Shown: piece by piece, positions 35,026 to 42,770 of the stretch | Layout: each line of letters begins with the position of its first letter | Position numbering within the stretch: the stretch's first letter is position 1 | Source of the DNA: Chloroflexota bacterium | GTDB lineage: Bacteria; Chloroflexota; Anaerolineae; Anaerolineales; UBA11579 | DNA: 64,000 nucleotides | Direction of reading: 5' to 3' | Assembly: GCA_016191875.1 (NCBI GenBank) | Contig: JACPVG010000013.1 | Coordinates: forward strand, 25,715 to 89,714 | Translations under genes and position numbers: made by a program | Notes under the pieces: generated by a model | What the model saw: only the letters and a program-made list of their open reading frames with translations | The model's database searches: none | What the model was told of the DNA's origin: nothing

Positions 35026-37014
35026 ATGAGACGCTCAATCTTCAAGACGTGTATTGCGATGGCTTCTGCGTTCAAGGCTCGGGTTCTCGAATCCATAGGT
35101 ACGGACTTGAAACCCACCCCTGCACCATCGAACGGCCGGCCGGCTTTCGTACTTGCAATTTTCCTTGCCCTTGCGTTGAGCGGCTGCAGTCTTTCGCTGG
35201 CGCAGGACATACTGCCCCCACCCGGCTACACCGCTCCCACCTACGAAGACCTGCCAACCGTCATCGAAGGCGCGTTCCCGCTGAGCGCCCCGAACGCCGC
35301 GGCGGGCAAAGCCATCTTCGCCGAGCGTTGCGCGCCCTGCCACGGAGCCACCGGCCTGGGCGACGGGCCGCAGGCCGGGCAACTGCCGGTGCAGGTTCCA
35401 GCCATCGGTACGCTCGACCTGGCGGCGCAGAACAGCCCGGCGGCCTGGTTTGCCATTGTCACGCTCGGCAACCTCGATTCGTTCATGCCGCCCTTTCAGA
35501 ATGCCCTTTCTGACCGGGAACGCTGGGACGTGCTGGCCTACGTCTATTCGTTCAGCAGTCAGCCGTCGATGATTGAACTGGGGGCCGGGGTATACCAGGC
35601 TGAGTGCGCGGCCTGTCATGGCGAAAACGGACAGGGGGACGGCCCCGACTCTCTGGGGGCGACGGACTTCACCAACCAGGAGACGATGGTGGCGCTTTCC
35701 GACCTGGATGTGCTGATTGCCACCGCGCAGGGAATCGGCACCATGCCGGGCTATGGCGACCGGCTGGAGAGCATCGAACTGGAAGCGGTGACGGCCTTTG
35801 TGCGGGCGTTCACCTTCCCGCCGTATGCGGAAGCCGCCCTGCCCCTGGCCGAGGATGTCCAGCCCACGCCCGCGATTGCCCGCCCGGAAGTGGAGGCCCC
35901 GCCCTCCGGAGAGCAGGAGGCCCCGCAGTTTTCGGATGAACCGCTGATGGGCACTTTCAGCGGCGTCGTGACCAATGGCAGCGGCGGCGACCTGCCGGCC
36001 GGCCTGACCGTCACCCTGTACGGCTACGACCACACCACCGAAGCCCTGACCGCAGAGACCCAGACCGGGCCGGGCGGCCGATTCCGCTTCGAGGATGTCG
36101 AACTCGTCCCTGAGCGGCTGTTCTTCGCCACGGTGGATTTTGAGGACCAGACCTATGGTTCGGACTTCGTTTTCGCTGACTTCGGCACTGAATATGAACT
36201 GGCCGTGACGGTCTACGAGACCACCAGCGACGCCTCAGGTCTGGCCGTAACGCGTATGCACGTGTTCCTCGAGTTCCCCGAGCCGGACAAGATGCAGGTG
36301 GTGGAACTCATTATTCTGACCAACAACGGCGACAAGGCGGTTGTGCCCGCCAGCCTGGGCGAACCGGCGGTGCGCTACTCGCTGCCGGAGGGGGCCGAAA
36401 ACCTCATCTTCCAGGAAGGCACGTTGGGCGAACGCTTTGTGGCTACCGCCGACGGCTTCGGCGACACGCAGGCGATTCTGCCGGGGACGAGCGACTACCA
36501 GTTGCTGTTCGCCTATACGCTGCCCTACACCCGCAAACTGGAATTCGTTCAACCCCTGGCGATGGATACCCAGGCGGTAATCGTGTTCGTGCCGGATGAC
36601 TCAGTGAAGGTGAGCGGGGAAGGATTGCAGGACGCCGGCATGCAGGACATCGGCGGGCTGGCCTACCAGATGTTCCAGGGCGGCGGGATACCTGCCGGGG
36701 GCGCGCTGACGCTGAACGTCTCCGGGCGACACCCGCTGGCGGGCGGCGGGTTCACGCTCTCCAGCAACGCCGCCAGCCTGGCGCTGGGCCTGGCCGGGCT
36801 GGCGCTGGCCGGGCTGGCTGTGTTCCTCTGGCTGCGGCAGGCCCGCCAGGAAGACGAAGACGACGATGAGACCGCCGATGACCTGCTCGAAGCCATTGTG
36901 GCATTGGACCAGGACTACGAGGCCGGCGAGCTGGATGAGAACGCCTACGAAGCCGAACGCGCCGAGTTGAAGGCCCGCCTGGCGGAACTGCTCAGGGAGA
37001 CTTCGGCGGACTGA
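35026..37014 (+). CDS. Diheme c-type cytochrome lipoprotein fused to a large extracytoplasmic domain, a C-terminal TM and a CcmI-like helix
   Basis: Lipobox LALSGC; two CxxCH sites (CAPCH, CAACH); a CarboxypepD_reg-like segment (GVVTNGSGGDLPAGLTVTLYG); and a C-terminal TM followed by LDQDYEAGELDENAYEAERAELKARL. The start is uncertain (35026 or 35059). Confidence 0.75.
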   Translation: MRRSIFKTCIAMASAFKARVLESIGTDLKPTPAPSNGRPAFVLAIFLALALSGCSLSLAQDILPPPGYTAPTYEDLPTVIEGAFPLSAPNAAAGKAIFAERCAPCHGATGLGDGPQAGQLPVQVPAIGTLDLAAQNSPAAWFAIVTLGNLDSFMPPFQNALSDRERWDVLAYVYSFSSQPSMIELGAGVYQAECAACHGENGQGDGPDSLGATDFTNQETMVALSDLDVLIATAQGIGTMPGYGDRLESIELEAVTAFVRAFTFPPYAEAALPLAEDVQPTPAIARPEVEAPPSGEQEAPQFSDEPLMGTFSGVVTNGSGGDLPAGLTVTLYGYDHTTEALTAETQTGPGGRFRFEDVELVPERLFFATVDFEDQTYGSDFVFADFGTEYELAVTVYETTSDASGLAVTRMHVFLEFPEPDKMQVVELIILTNNGDKAVVPASLGEPAVRYSLPEGAENLIFQEGTLGERFVATADGFGDTQAILPGTSDYQLLFAYTLPYTRKLEFVQPLAMDTQAVIVFVPDDSVKVSGEGLQDAGMQDIGGLAYQMFQGGGIPAGGALTLNVSGRHPLAGGGFTLSSNAASLALGLAGLALAGLAVFLWLRQARQEDEDDDETADDLLEAIVALDQDYEAGELDENAYEAERAELKARLAELLRETSAD

Positions 37015-37745
37015 TGATCAGCGCCCGCAATCTGGTCAAACGCTTTGGCCTGAAGAGCGTACTGCGCGGCCTGGATTTCGAAGTGGCCGAGGGCGAGTTC
37101 GTGGGGTTGCTGGGGCCGAACGGCGCCGGCAAAACCACCTTCCTGCGCATCCTGGCCTCGCTGGCGCGGCCCAGCCTGGGCCGGGTGGAGGTGGCCGGGT
37201 TCAGCCTGCCGGAGCAGGCCGCCCAGGTGCGGCGACGCCTGGGGGTGCTTTCGCACCAGCCGCTGCTCTATCCGGACCTGACCGGCGAGGAGAACCTGAC
37301 GTTCTTCGGCCGTCTTTACAATGTGCAAAACCTGCCGGAGCGCATCAGGAACGTCCTGGCGCTGGTCGGCCTGGAAGGCCGCGGGCGCGACCTGGTGCGC
37401 ACCTACTCGCGCGGCATGCAGCAGCGCCTGGCCATCGGCCGGGCGGTCATCCACGACCCGGACATCCTTCTTCTGGACGAGCCCTACACCGGCCTGGACC
37501 AGGACGCCTCAGCCATGTTAGATGACGTGCTGCGCAAGGTAACCGCCGAAGGGCGGACGGTGGTGATGACCTCGCACGACCTGGTGCGGGCGCAGGACCT
37601 GTGTTCGCGCTTCGATGTGCTGACGCGCGGGCGCATCCTCGCCAGCGCCAGCCGACAGGATGTGCCGCCGGACGGATTGCAGGCTTTCTACCGGCGGTCG
37701 GTCAGCAGCCTGGAGCCGGGAAGGGCGGGGGCACATGACGGTTAA
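37014..37745 (+). CDS. ccmA: Heme exporter ATP-binding protein CcmA
   Basis: GPNGAGKTT, YSRGMQQRLAIGRA and ILLLDEPYTGLD, next to ccmB and ccmC. Confidence 0.85.
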   Translation: MISARNLVKRFGLKSVLRGLDFEVAEGEFVGLLGPNGAGKTTFLRILASLARPSLGRVEVAGFSLPEQAAQVRRRLGVLSHQPLLYPDLTGEENLTFFGRLYNVQNLPERIRNVLALVGLEGRGRDLVRTYSRGMQQRLAIGRAVIHDPDILLLDEPYTGLDQDASAMLDDVLRKVTAEGRTVVMTSHDLVRAQDLCSRFDVLTRGRILASASRQDVPPDGLQAFYRRSVSSLEPGRAGAHDG

Positions 37746-38445
37746 GTCGGCGGCGAAACGCCCCGCCCCGCCGGTCTCTTTCCTCAGTTCCATGTGGGCG
37801 GTGGTGTGGAAAGATCTGGCGGCCGAATTGCGCAGCCGCGAGCTGATCTCGGCGATGCTGGTGTTCTCCCTGCTGGTGGTGTTGATCTTCAATTTTTCGC
37901 TGGAGTTGAACGCCCGCGAACGCCAGGAAGTGACCGCCGGCGTGTTGTGGGTGACCTTCGTTTTCGCCGGGACGCTGGGGCTGAACCGCTCGATGGCCAT
38001 CGAGAAGGACGGCAACTGCCTGGATGGACTGTTGCTGGCGCCGGTTGACCGGGCGGCGATCTATTTCGGCAAGGTCATTGGCAACCTGATCTTCATGCTG
38101 CTGGTCATCCTGATCGTGCTGCCGATCTACAGCATCCTTTACAACACCAACCTGTTCGTACCCGGCCTGCTGGTTACCATCCTGCTGGGCGCGATAGGTT
38201 ACGTGGTCTCCGGAACGCTGCTGGCCGCCATGTCGGTACAGACGCGCACGCGCGACATCCTGCTGCCGATCCTGCATCTGCCGGTGGTGCTGCCGGTGGT
38301 CATCTCGGCGGTGCGAGCCAGCACATACTTCCTGCAGGGCCAGCCGATGGACCTGATCTGGGGTTCGCTGAACCTGCTGATTGGCTATAATGTGATCTTT
38401 ACCGCCGCGGCCTACATGCTGTTCGATTACGTAGTACAGGAATGA
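37735..38445 (+). CDS. ccmB: Heme exporter membrane protein CcmB
   Basis: Start at ATG 37735, overlapping the ccmA end. It has 6 TM and the CcmB-like segment SMAIEKDGNCLDGLLLAPV. Confidence 0.85.
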   Translation: MTVKSAAKRPAPPVSFLSSMWAVVWKDLAAELRSRELISAMLVFSLLVVLIFNFSLELNARERQEVTAGVLWVTFVFAGTLGLNRSMAIEKDGNCLDGLLLAPVDRAAIYFGKVIGNLIFMLLVILIVLPIYSILYNTNLFVPGLLVTILLGAIGYVVSGTLLAAMSVQTRTRDILLPILHLPVVLPVVISAVRASTYFLQGQPMDLIWGSLNLLIGYNVIFTAAAYMLFDYVVQE

Positions 38446-38473
38446 AAACCAAGATCCATTCGAGGAGTTCACA

Positions 38474-39172
38474 ATGAACGCAAAACCCAAGGCATTGATG
38501 GCGCTGGACGTAGCCTCCTGGGCGCTGCTGGCTGTTTCGGTCTATCTGGTGCTGGTGTATGCGCCGATGGAAGCCGTGATGGGCAACGTGCAGCGCGTGT
38601 TCTACTACCACGTGGCGGCCGGCTGGGTGGGCATGATCGGCTTCCTGTTCGCGGTGTTCGCTGGAATCATGTACCTTGCCAGAGGCGACCGCAAATGGGA
38701 TGTGATGGGCCTGGCGGGCGTGGAGGTCGGCCTGATCTTTTCGCTCATCAACATCGTGACCGGCAGCATCTGGGCGCGGCCGATCTGGAACACCTGGTGG
38801 ACGTGGGACCCGCGCCTGGTGACCGCCACCATCATGGAACTGGTGTACGTGGCCTACCTGATGCTGCGGCAGGGTATTGACGACCCGGACCGGCGCGCCC
38901 GTTTCGGGGCCATCTACGCCATCGTCGGCTTCCTGAGCGTGCCGCTGTCGTTCTTCTCCATCCGCATCTGGCGCACCATCCACCCGGTGGTCATCGGCAG
39001 CGGAGATGCCGGGGCGCAGGGCGGTTTTGACATGACGGCCGGCATGCAGGTGGCCTTCTTCTTCTGCCTGTTCACATTCACCGTCATTGCCGTTGACCTG
39101 TTGTGGCACCGCGTGCGCCTGGGTTTCCTGGCGGATAAGGTCGAACAACTCAAATTAAAGTTCTCATCCTAA
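38474..39172 (+). CDS. ccmC: Heme exporter protein CcmC
   Basis: WWD motif IWARPIWNTWWTWDPRLV. Confidence 0.9.
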   Translation: MNAKPKALMALDVASWALLAVSVYLVLVYAPMEAVMGNVQRVFYYHVAAGWVGMIGFLFAVFAGIMYLARGDRKWDVMGLAGVEVGLIFSLINIVTGSIWARPIWNTWWTWDPRLVTATIMELVYVAYLMLRQGIDDPDRRARFGAIYAIVGFLSVPLSFFSIRIWRTIHPVVIGSGDAGAQGGFDMTAGMQVAFFFCLFTFTVIAVDLLWHRVRLGFLADKVEQLKLKFSS

Positions 39173-39182
39173 GGAGGCGACG

Positions 39183-39344
39183 ATGCATTTCCTGCAACAA
39201 GGCCCGGCTGAAACCACCGATTACCTCATCCTGGGGCTGGCGTTCGTGTTCATCCCGATGGCGCTGCACGTCTGGTCGCTGGTGAGCCGCCGCAAGCGGC
39301 TGGAAAGCGACCTGGCGATGATGGAGGAGATGAAAGAGAAATAG
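39183..39344 (+). CDS. ccmD: CcmD-like small single-TM protein (53 aa; below the ORF-track length cut-off)
   Basis: AAGGAGG SD 5 nt upstream. Sequence: MHFLQQGPAETTDYLILGLAFVFIPMALHVWSLVSRRKRLESDLAMMEEMKEK. Its position directly after ccmC matches ccmD. Confidence 0.6.
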   Translation: MHFLQQGPAETTDYLILGLAFVFIPMALHVWSLVSRRKRLESDLAMMEEMKEK

Positions 39345-39405
39345 GCAGTAGACAGTCCGTAGCAGGCAGCAAAAAGCAGAAAGCAAGAAGCAGATAGGCA
39401 GAAGG
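39344..39405. repeat. Longest heptanucleotide tandem tract in the window (about 9 units, GCANNNN-type)
   Basis: G(C/T)(A/C) recurs at 39348, 39355, 39362, 39369, 39376, 39383 and 39390 (period 7). Confidence 0.7.
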
Positions 39406-39440
39406 ACTGTTTGCCATTTGCCCGAATGAACCGTTCACGC

Positions 39441-39446
39441 TAGAAT
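39441..39446 (+). promoter_or_regulatory. -10 box implying a leaderless AI-2E transporter mRNA
   Basis: TAGAAT 39441-39446, 6 nt before ATG 39453; no SD. Confidence 0.45.
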
Positions 39447-39452
39447 GGACGC

Positions 39453-40733
39453 ATGGTAAATCAAAACTCGCCAGACGTTGAACCGGACGAGTCTTCGCCC
39501 TACTGGAGCCAATCCACCAAATTGGTGGTGGGCCTCACCCTGGTGGCGGTCGCGGCGGCGCTGGTGGCCCGATTCAAGAACATCGTCGGGCCGCTGCTGA
39601 TGGCGATCATCCTTTCCTATCTGCTTCACCCGCTGGTCAAGTGGGTGACAGACACAACCCGGCTGAAGTGGCGGGGGGCGGTCAACCTCATTTACCTGTT
39701 GTTCCTGATTCTCCTCATAGCGCTGCTCACGCTGGGCGGCGTGGCGCTGGTGCAGCAATTGCAGACCCTGGTGGGGGTGGTGACGACCTTCTTCACCGAA
39801 CTGCCGGAATTGGCCGCTTCGCTGGCGCAGGAAGACTTCGTGGTCGTCGTTCCGCTGTTCAATCAGGAAGTCGACCTTGGGCCGTACATCGACCAGTTGA
39901 ACATCGATTTCCTGAGCCTGAGCCAGGAAATCCTAAATCTGATCCAGCCCGCCCTCGGGCGCGCCGGCAGCCTGGTGGCGACAATCGCCGGGTCGGCCTT
40001 CAGCACACTGGGGTGGATGTTCTTCATCCTGTTGATCTCGTATTTCACGCTGGCCGATTCGGGCGGGGTGCGCGAGATGCTGCTGACCCTGAACCTGCCC
40101 GGCCACCAGCAGGATGCCCGCCGCCTGGGGCGCGAACTGGGGCGCATCTGGAACGCCTTCCTGCGCGGGCAGTTGACGCTGGTGCTCCTGACGGCGGTGG
40201 TCTATTATTTCGTCATGGTGGCGCTGGGGGTGCGCAACGCCCTGGCCCTGGCGCTGGTGGCGGCGCTGGCAAAATTCCTGCCCTATATCGGCCAGTGGCT
40301 CACCAGCGGCACCATCGCGGTATTGACCTTCTTCCAGACTGAGAACTATTTCAGGATGGAGCCGCTGGCCTATACACTGATGGTGATGTTGATCGTGCTG
40401 GGGTTCGACCAGGTGGTGGATAACCTGATCGCGCCGCGCATCTTCGGGCAGGCGCTGGGCATTCACCCGGCGGCGCTGCTGGTGACGGTGCTGATCATGG
40501 CCAGCCTGATGGGGTTCATCGGCGTGCTGCTGGCGGCCCCGGCGCTGGCCAGCGTGCAGTTGTTCTCCCGCTACGCGCTGCGCAAGATGGTGGACCTGGA
40601 ACCCTGGCCTGACCCGGAGGAGACGTTGGGGCCAATGCAAATCCCGTTCCGCGACCAATCTCAAAGAACACTGGCGCGGCTGAAAGCCTGGTGGGCGCGG
40701 GCGAGGACTCGAAAAAAGGACAATGACTCATGA
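39453..40733 (+). CDS. AI-2E family transporter (PerM/UPF0118)
   Basis: 426 aa, about 8 TM, with the characteristic PYIG...DNLI.PRI.G... segment (LPYIGQW, DNLIAPRIFGQALGIHP). Confidence 0.85.
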   Translation: MVNQNSPDVEPDESSPYWSQSTKLVVGLTLVAVAAALVARFKNIVGPLLMAIILSYLLHPLVKWVTDTTRLKWRGAVNLIYLLFLILLIALLTLGGVALVQQLQTLVGVVTTFFTELPELAASLAQEDFVVVVPLFNQEVDLGPYIDQLNIDFLSLSQEILNLIQPALGRAGSLVATIAGSAFSTLGWMFFILLISYFTLADSGGVREMLLTLNLPGHQQDARRLGRELGRIWNAFLRGQLTLVLLTAVVYYFVMVALGVRNALALALVAALAKFLPYIGQWLTSGTIAVLTFFQTENYFRMEPLAYTLMVMLIVLGFDQVVDNLIAPRIFGQALGIHPAALLVTVLIMASLMGFIGVLLAAPALASVQLFSRYALRKMVDLEPWPDPEETLGPMQIPFRDQSQRTLARLKAWWARARTRKKDNDS

Positions 40734-40918
40734 CCCAGGACCCGAACGACCTCAAGACCAAGACACTGGCCGAAACCGACAATTTCATCGTCTGGCAGGC
40801 GGACGAGCCGGACGGCGAAACGACCTTTCACCTGGAGTTGAGCAGCGTGACGGTGCATTTCTTCCAGGAAGAGTGGGACGAATTTCTGCAACTGGTGGGC
40901 GCGTTGAAGGGCAAATAA
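40730..40918 (+). CDS. Hypothetical small acidic protein
   Basis: 62 aa with an ATGA overlap onto the AI-2E gene stop. No motif was recognised. Confidence 0.5.
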   Translation: MTQDPNDLKTKTLAETDNFIVWQADEPDGETTFHLELSSVTVHFFQEEWDEFLQLVGALKGK

Positions 40919-40992
40919 CCGTTACGAAACGGTCATTGATTTCGCACTCAAACCGGCTTGCCGCGCCGCGCCCGGCGTGATACACTGATTCC

Positions 40993-42600
40993 ATGGCAGT
41001 TTCCGTACTGGTCATCACCCCCAGCCCCGGTTTTGGGGAGCTCATCTCCCAGATCCTGCAGGAGACGGGCGATTACGCCTGCGTACTGGCGAACAGCGGC
41101 AAGGATGGCCTGGATGGCGCCCGGTCTAACTCTCCGAGGTTGTGCATCCTGGATGGCGACCTGAGCGACACGCCGCTGGAAAAACTTGCCGCCGGGCTGC
41201 GCGCCAGCCGGCCGGGACTGTTGCTGGTGGTCATCCCCCCGGAAGGCGAAGACGCCCCCCCGGATTTCACCCATTTGCAGGCCGATGGCCTGCTGGCCAA
41301 ACCTTTCTATCTGCCTGACCTGATCACGACCGTGGAGCGGGTGCTGGCTGGCGGCAAGCCGGACAGGGGCGCGCCCACCCCGGAAGCGCCGCCCGCGGCC
41401 ACGCCTGTGCGCGCGGCTGAACCGGCCCAGGCCGCCGCCGAGGATGCTCCCGAGTGGCTGCGGGATGTGAACCTGGCGGCCCAACACCTGGCGCGCCTCT
41501 CGCTCGAATCGGCCTCGCAGGCTTCGTTGATCGCCAGGGGCGACCAGGTGTGGGCCTATGCGGGCGGGCTCGACCAGGGCGCCGTGAACGAACTGGCGCG
41601 CACGCTGGGGCAGTATTGGTCTGGCGGGGATGGCAGCGACCTGGCGCGCTTTGTGCGCCTGGATGCCACCGGCTCGGATTATATGCTGTATGCCACCGAC
41701 CTGGGCGGCGGTTTCGTCCTGGCGATGGTCTTCGATACCGAAACGCCGTTCAGCAAGATACGCACCCAGGCCGGCAGCCTGGCCCAACGGCTGGCCAGCC
41801 CGCCGGATTCTTTTTCCGAAGCCCCGATGGAGCGCGGCGAACTGGATGACGAGGGCGAGATGGTCCCGCTTCCGCCGCTGTTCGAGGATGTGCCGCCGCC
41901 CATTCCCGGCGACTGGATGCCGGAGCAGATCACCGCCGCGGCGCATCGGCCGTTCCTGGAGGAGTTGTTCCAGGATGCGCCGGCCGCCGAAACCTTCAGC
42001 CAGGAGAGCAGCCCGGCCATACGCCGCCCGTATGATGTGGCGGTGGAAGAAGACCTTGACGCAACGACGCCCTCGCGCATGCCGGATTACGCCGCCGAAA
42101 CCATTCCGAGCGAAGCCGAGACCGACGAGGACCTGTTCGCCGCCACAGTGCCAAGCCGCTCTAGCAAGCCGCGCGGCGACAGGGCGCGGCTGGAGCCCAT
42201 CTCGCCGGCGATGGTCAACCTGACCTATTCGTGTGTGCTCATCCCGCGCCTGCCGGAGCATTACCTGACAGGCGACCTGGCCGGTCGGGTGGCCGAATGG
42301 GTGACCCAGTTGTGCCTGGCCTTTGGCTGGCGTCTGGAGCAGCTCTCGGTGCGGCCGGAGGTGTTGCAGTGGATGGTGAACGTGCCGCCGCAGACCTCGC
42401 CGGGCTACCTGATGCGCATCCTGCGCCAGCACACCTCGCGGCGGTTGTTCGTGGAATTTCCGCTCTTCGTGGAAAGCAACCCCAGCGGCGATTTCTGGGC
42501 GCCGGGCTACCTGATCATGAGCGGCCCGCAGGCGCCGCCGCCGCAGCTGGTGAAAGATTTCATCAAGGAAACCCGCGTGCGGCAGGGGATCAGCAAGTAG
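40993..42600 (+). CDS. Multidomain protein: atypical receiver (REC)-like domain, Roadblock/LC7-like middle domain, and a C-terminal IS200/IS605 TnpA (Y1 HUH transposase)-like domain lacking catalytic residues
   Basis: REC-like region: VLVITPSPG...CILDGDL...LLAKPFYLPDL (the acidic DD pair is absent; Asp and Lys-Pro are kept). The C-terminus (about 42211-42597) reads YSCVLIPRLPEHYLTG...LSVRPEVLQWMVNVPPQTSPGYLMRILRQHTSRRLF...FWAPGYLIMSG...LVKDFIKETR. This aligns by eye to IS608 TnpA (YSCKYHIVW...DHIHIL...GRSSRILRQEF...LWTNSCFISTVG...VKQYIENQ), with HUH replaced by LQW and the catalytic Tyr replaced by Phe. Confidence 0.7.
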   Translation: MAVSVLVITPSPGFGELISQILQETGDYACVLANSGKDGLDGARSNSPRLCILDGDLSDTPLEKLAAGLRASRPGLLLVVIPPEGEDAPPDFTHLQADGLLAKPFYLPDLITTVERVLAGGKPDRGAPTPEAPPAATPVRAAEPAQAAAEDAPEWLRDVNLAAQHLARLSLESASQASLIARGDQVWAYAGGLDQGAVNELARTLGQYWSGGDGSDLARFVRLDATGSDYMLYATDLGGGFVLAMVFDTETPFSKIRTQAGSLAQRLASPPDSFSEAPMERGELDDEGEMVPLPPLFEDVPPPIPGDWMPEQITAAAHRPFLEELFQDAPAAETFSQESSPAIRRPYDVAVEEDLDATTPSRMPDYAAETIPSEAETDEDLFAATVPSRSSKPRGDRARLEPISPAMVNLTYSCVLIPRLPEHYLTGDLAGRVAEWVTQLCLAFGWRLEQLSVRPEVLQWMVNVPPQTSPGYLMRILRQHTSRRLFVEFPLFVESNPSGDFWAPGYLIMSGPQAPPPQLVKDFIKETRVRQGISK

Positions 42601-42632
42601 AACTTGCGGCAGCGGCATTGACCTTAACGAAG

Positions 42633-42657
42633 AACGCCCCTGAATGGGGCGTTTTTG
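42633..42657 (+). terminator. Intrinsic terminator
   Basis: aacgcccc 42633-42640 / ggggcgtt 42646-42653, then TTTGATT. Confidence 0.7.
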
Positions 42658-42770
42658 ATTCGCGTGTCCGCGTGCGGAGAAATAGTGCGGTCCTGAACGG
42701 GTCATAGGCCACGGAAGAGACGTGGCACATGCCCCTTTACCGGAATAAGGATGGGGCAAAGAATCGAACC

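Noticed and set aside
42211-42597. IS200/IS605 insertion sequence (mobile element).
   Set aside because: The TnpA-like segment is the C-terminal domain of a larger in-frame protein. It lacks the HUH histidines and catalytic Tyr, and has no flanking subterminal hairpins or tnpB.
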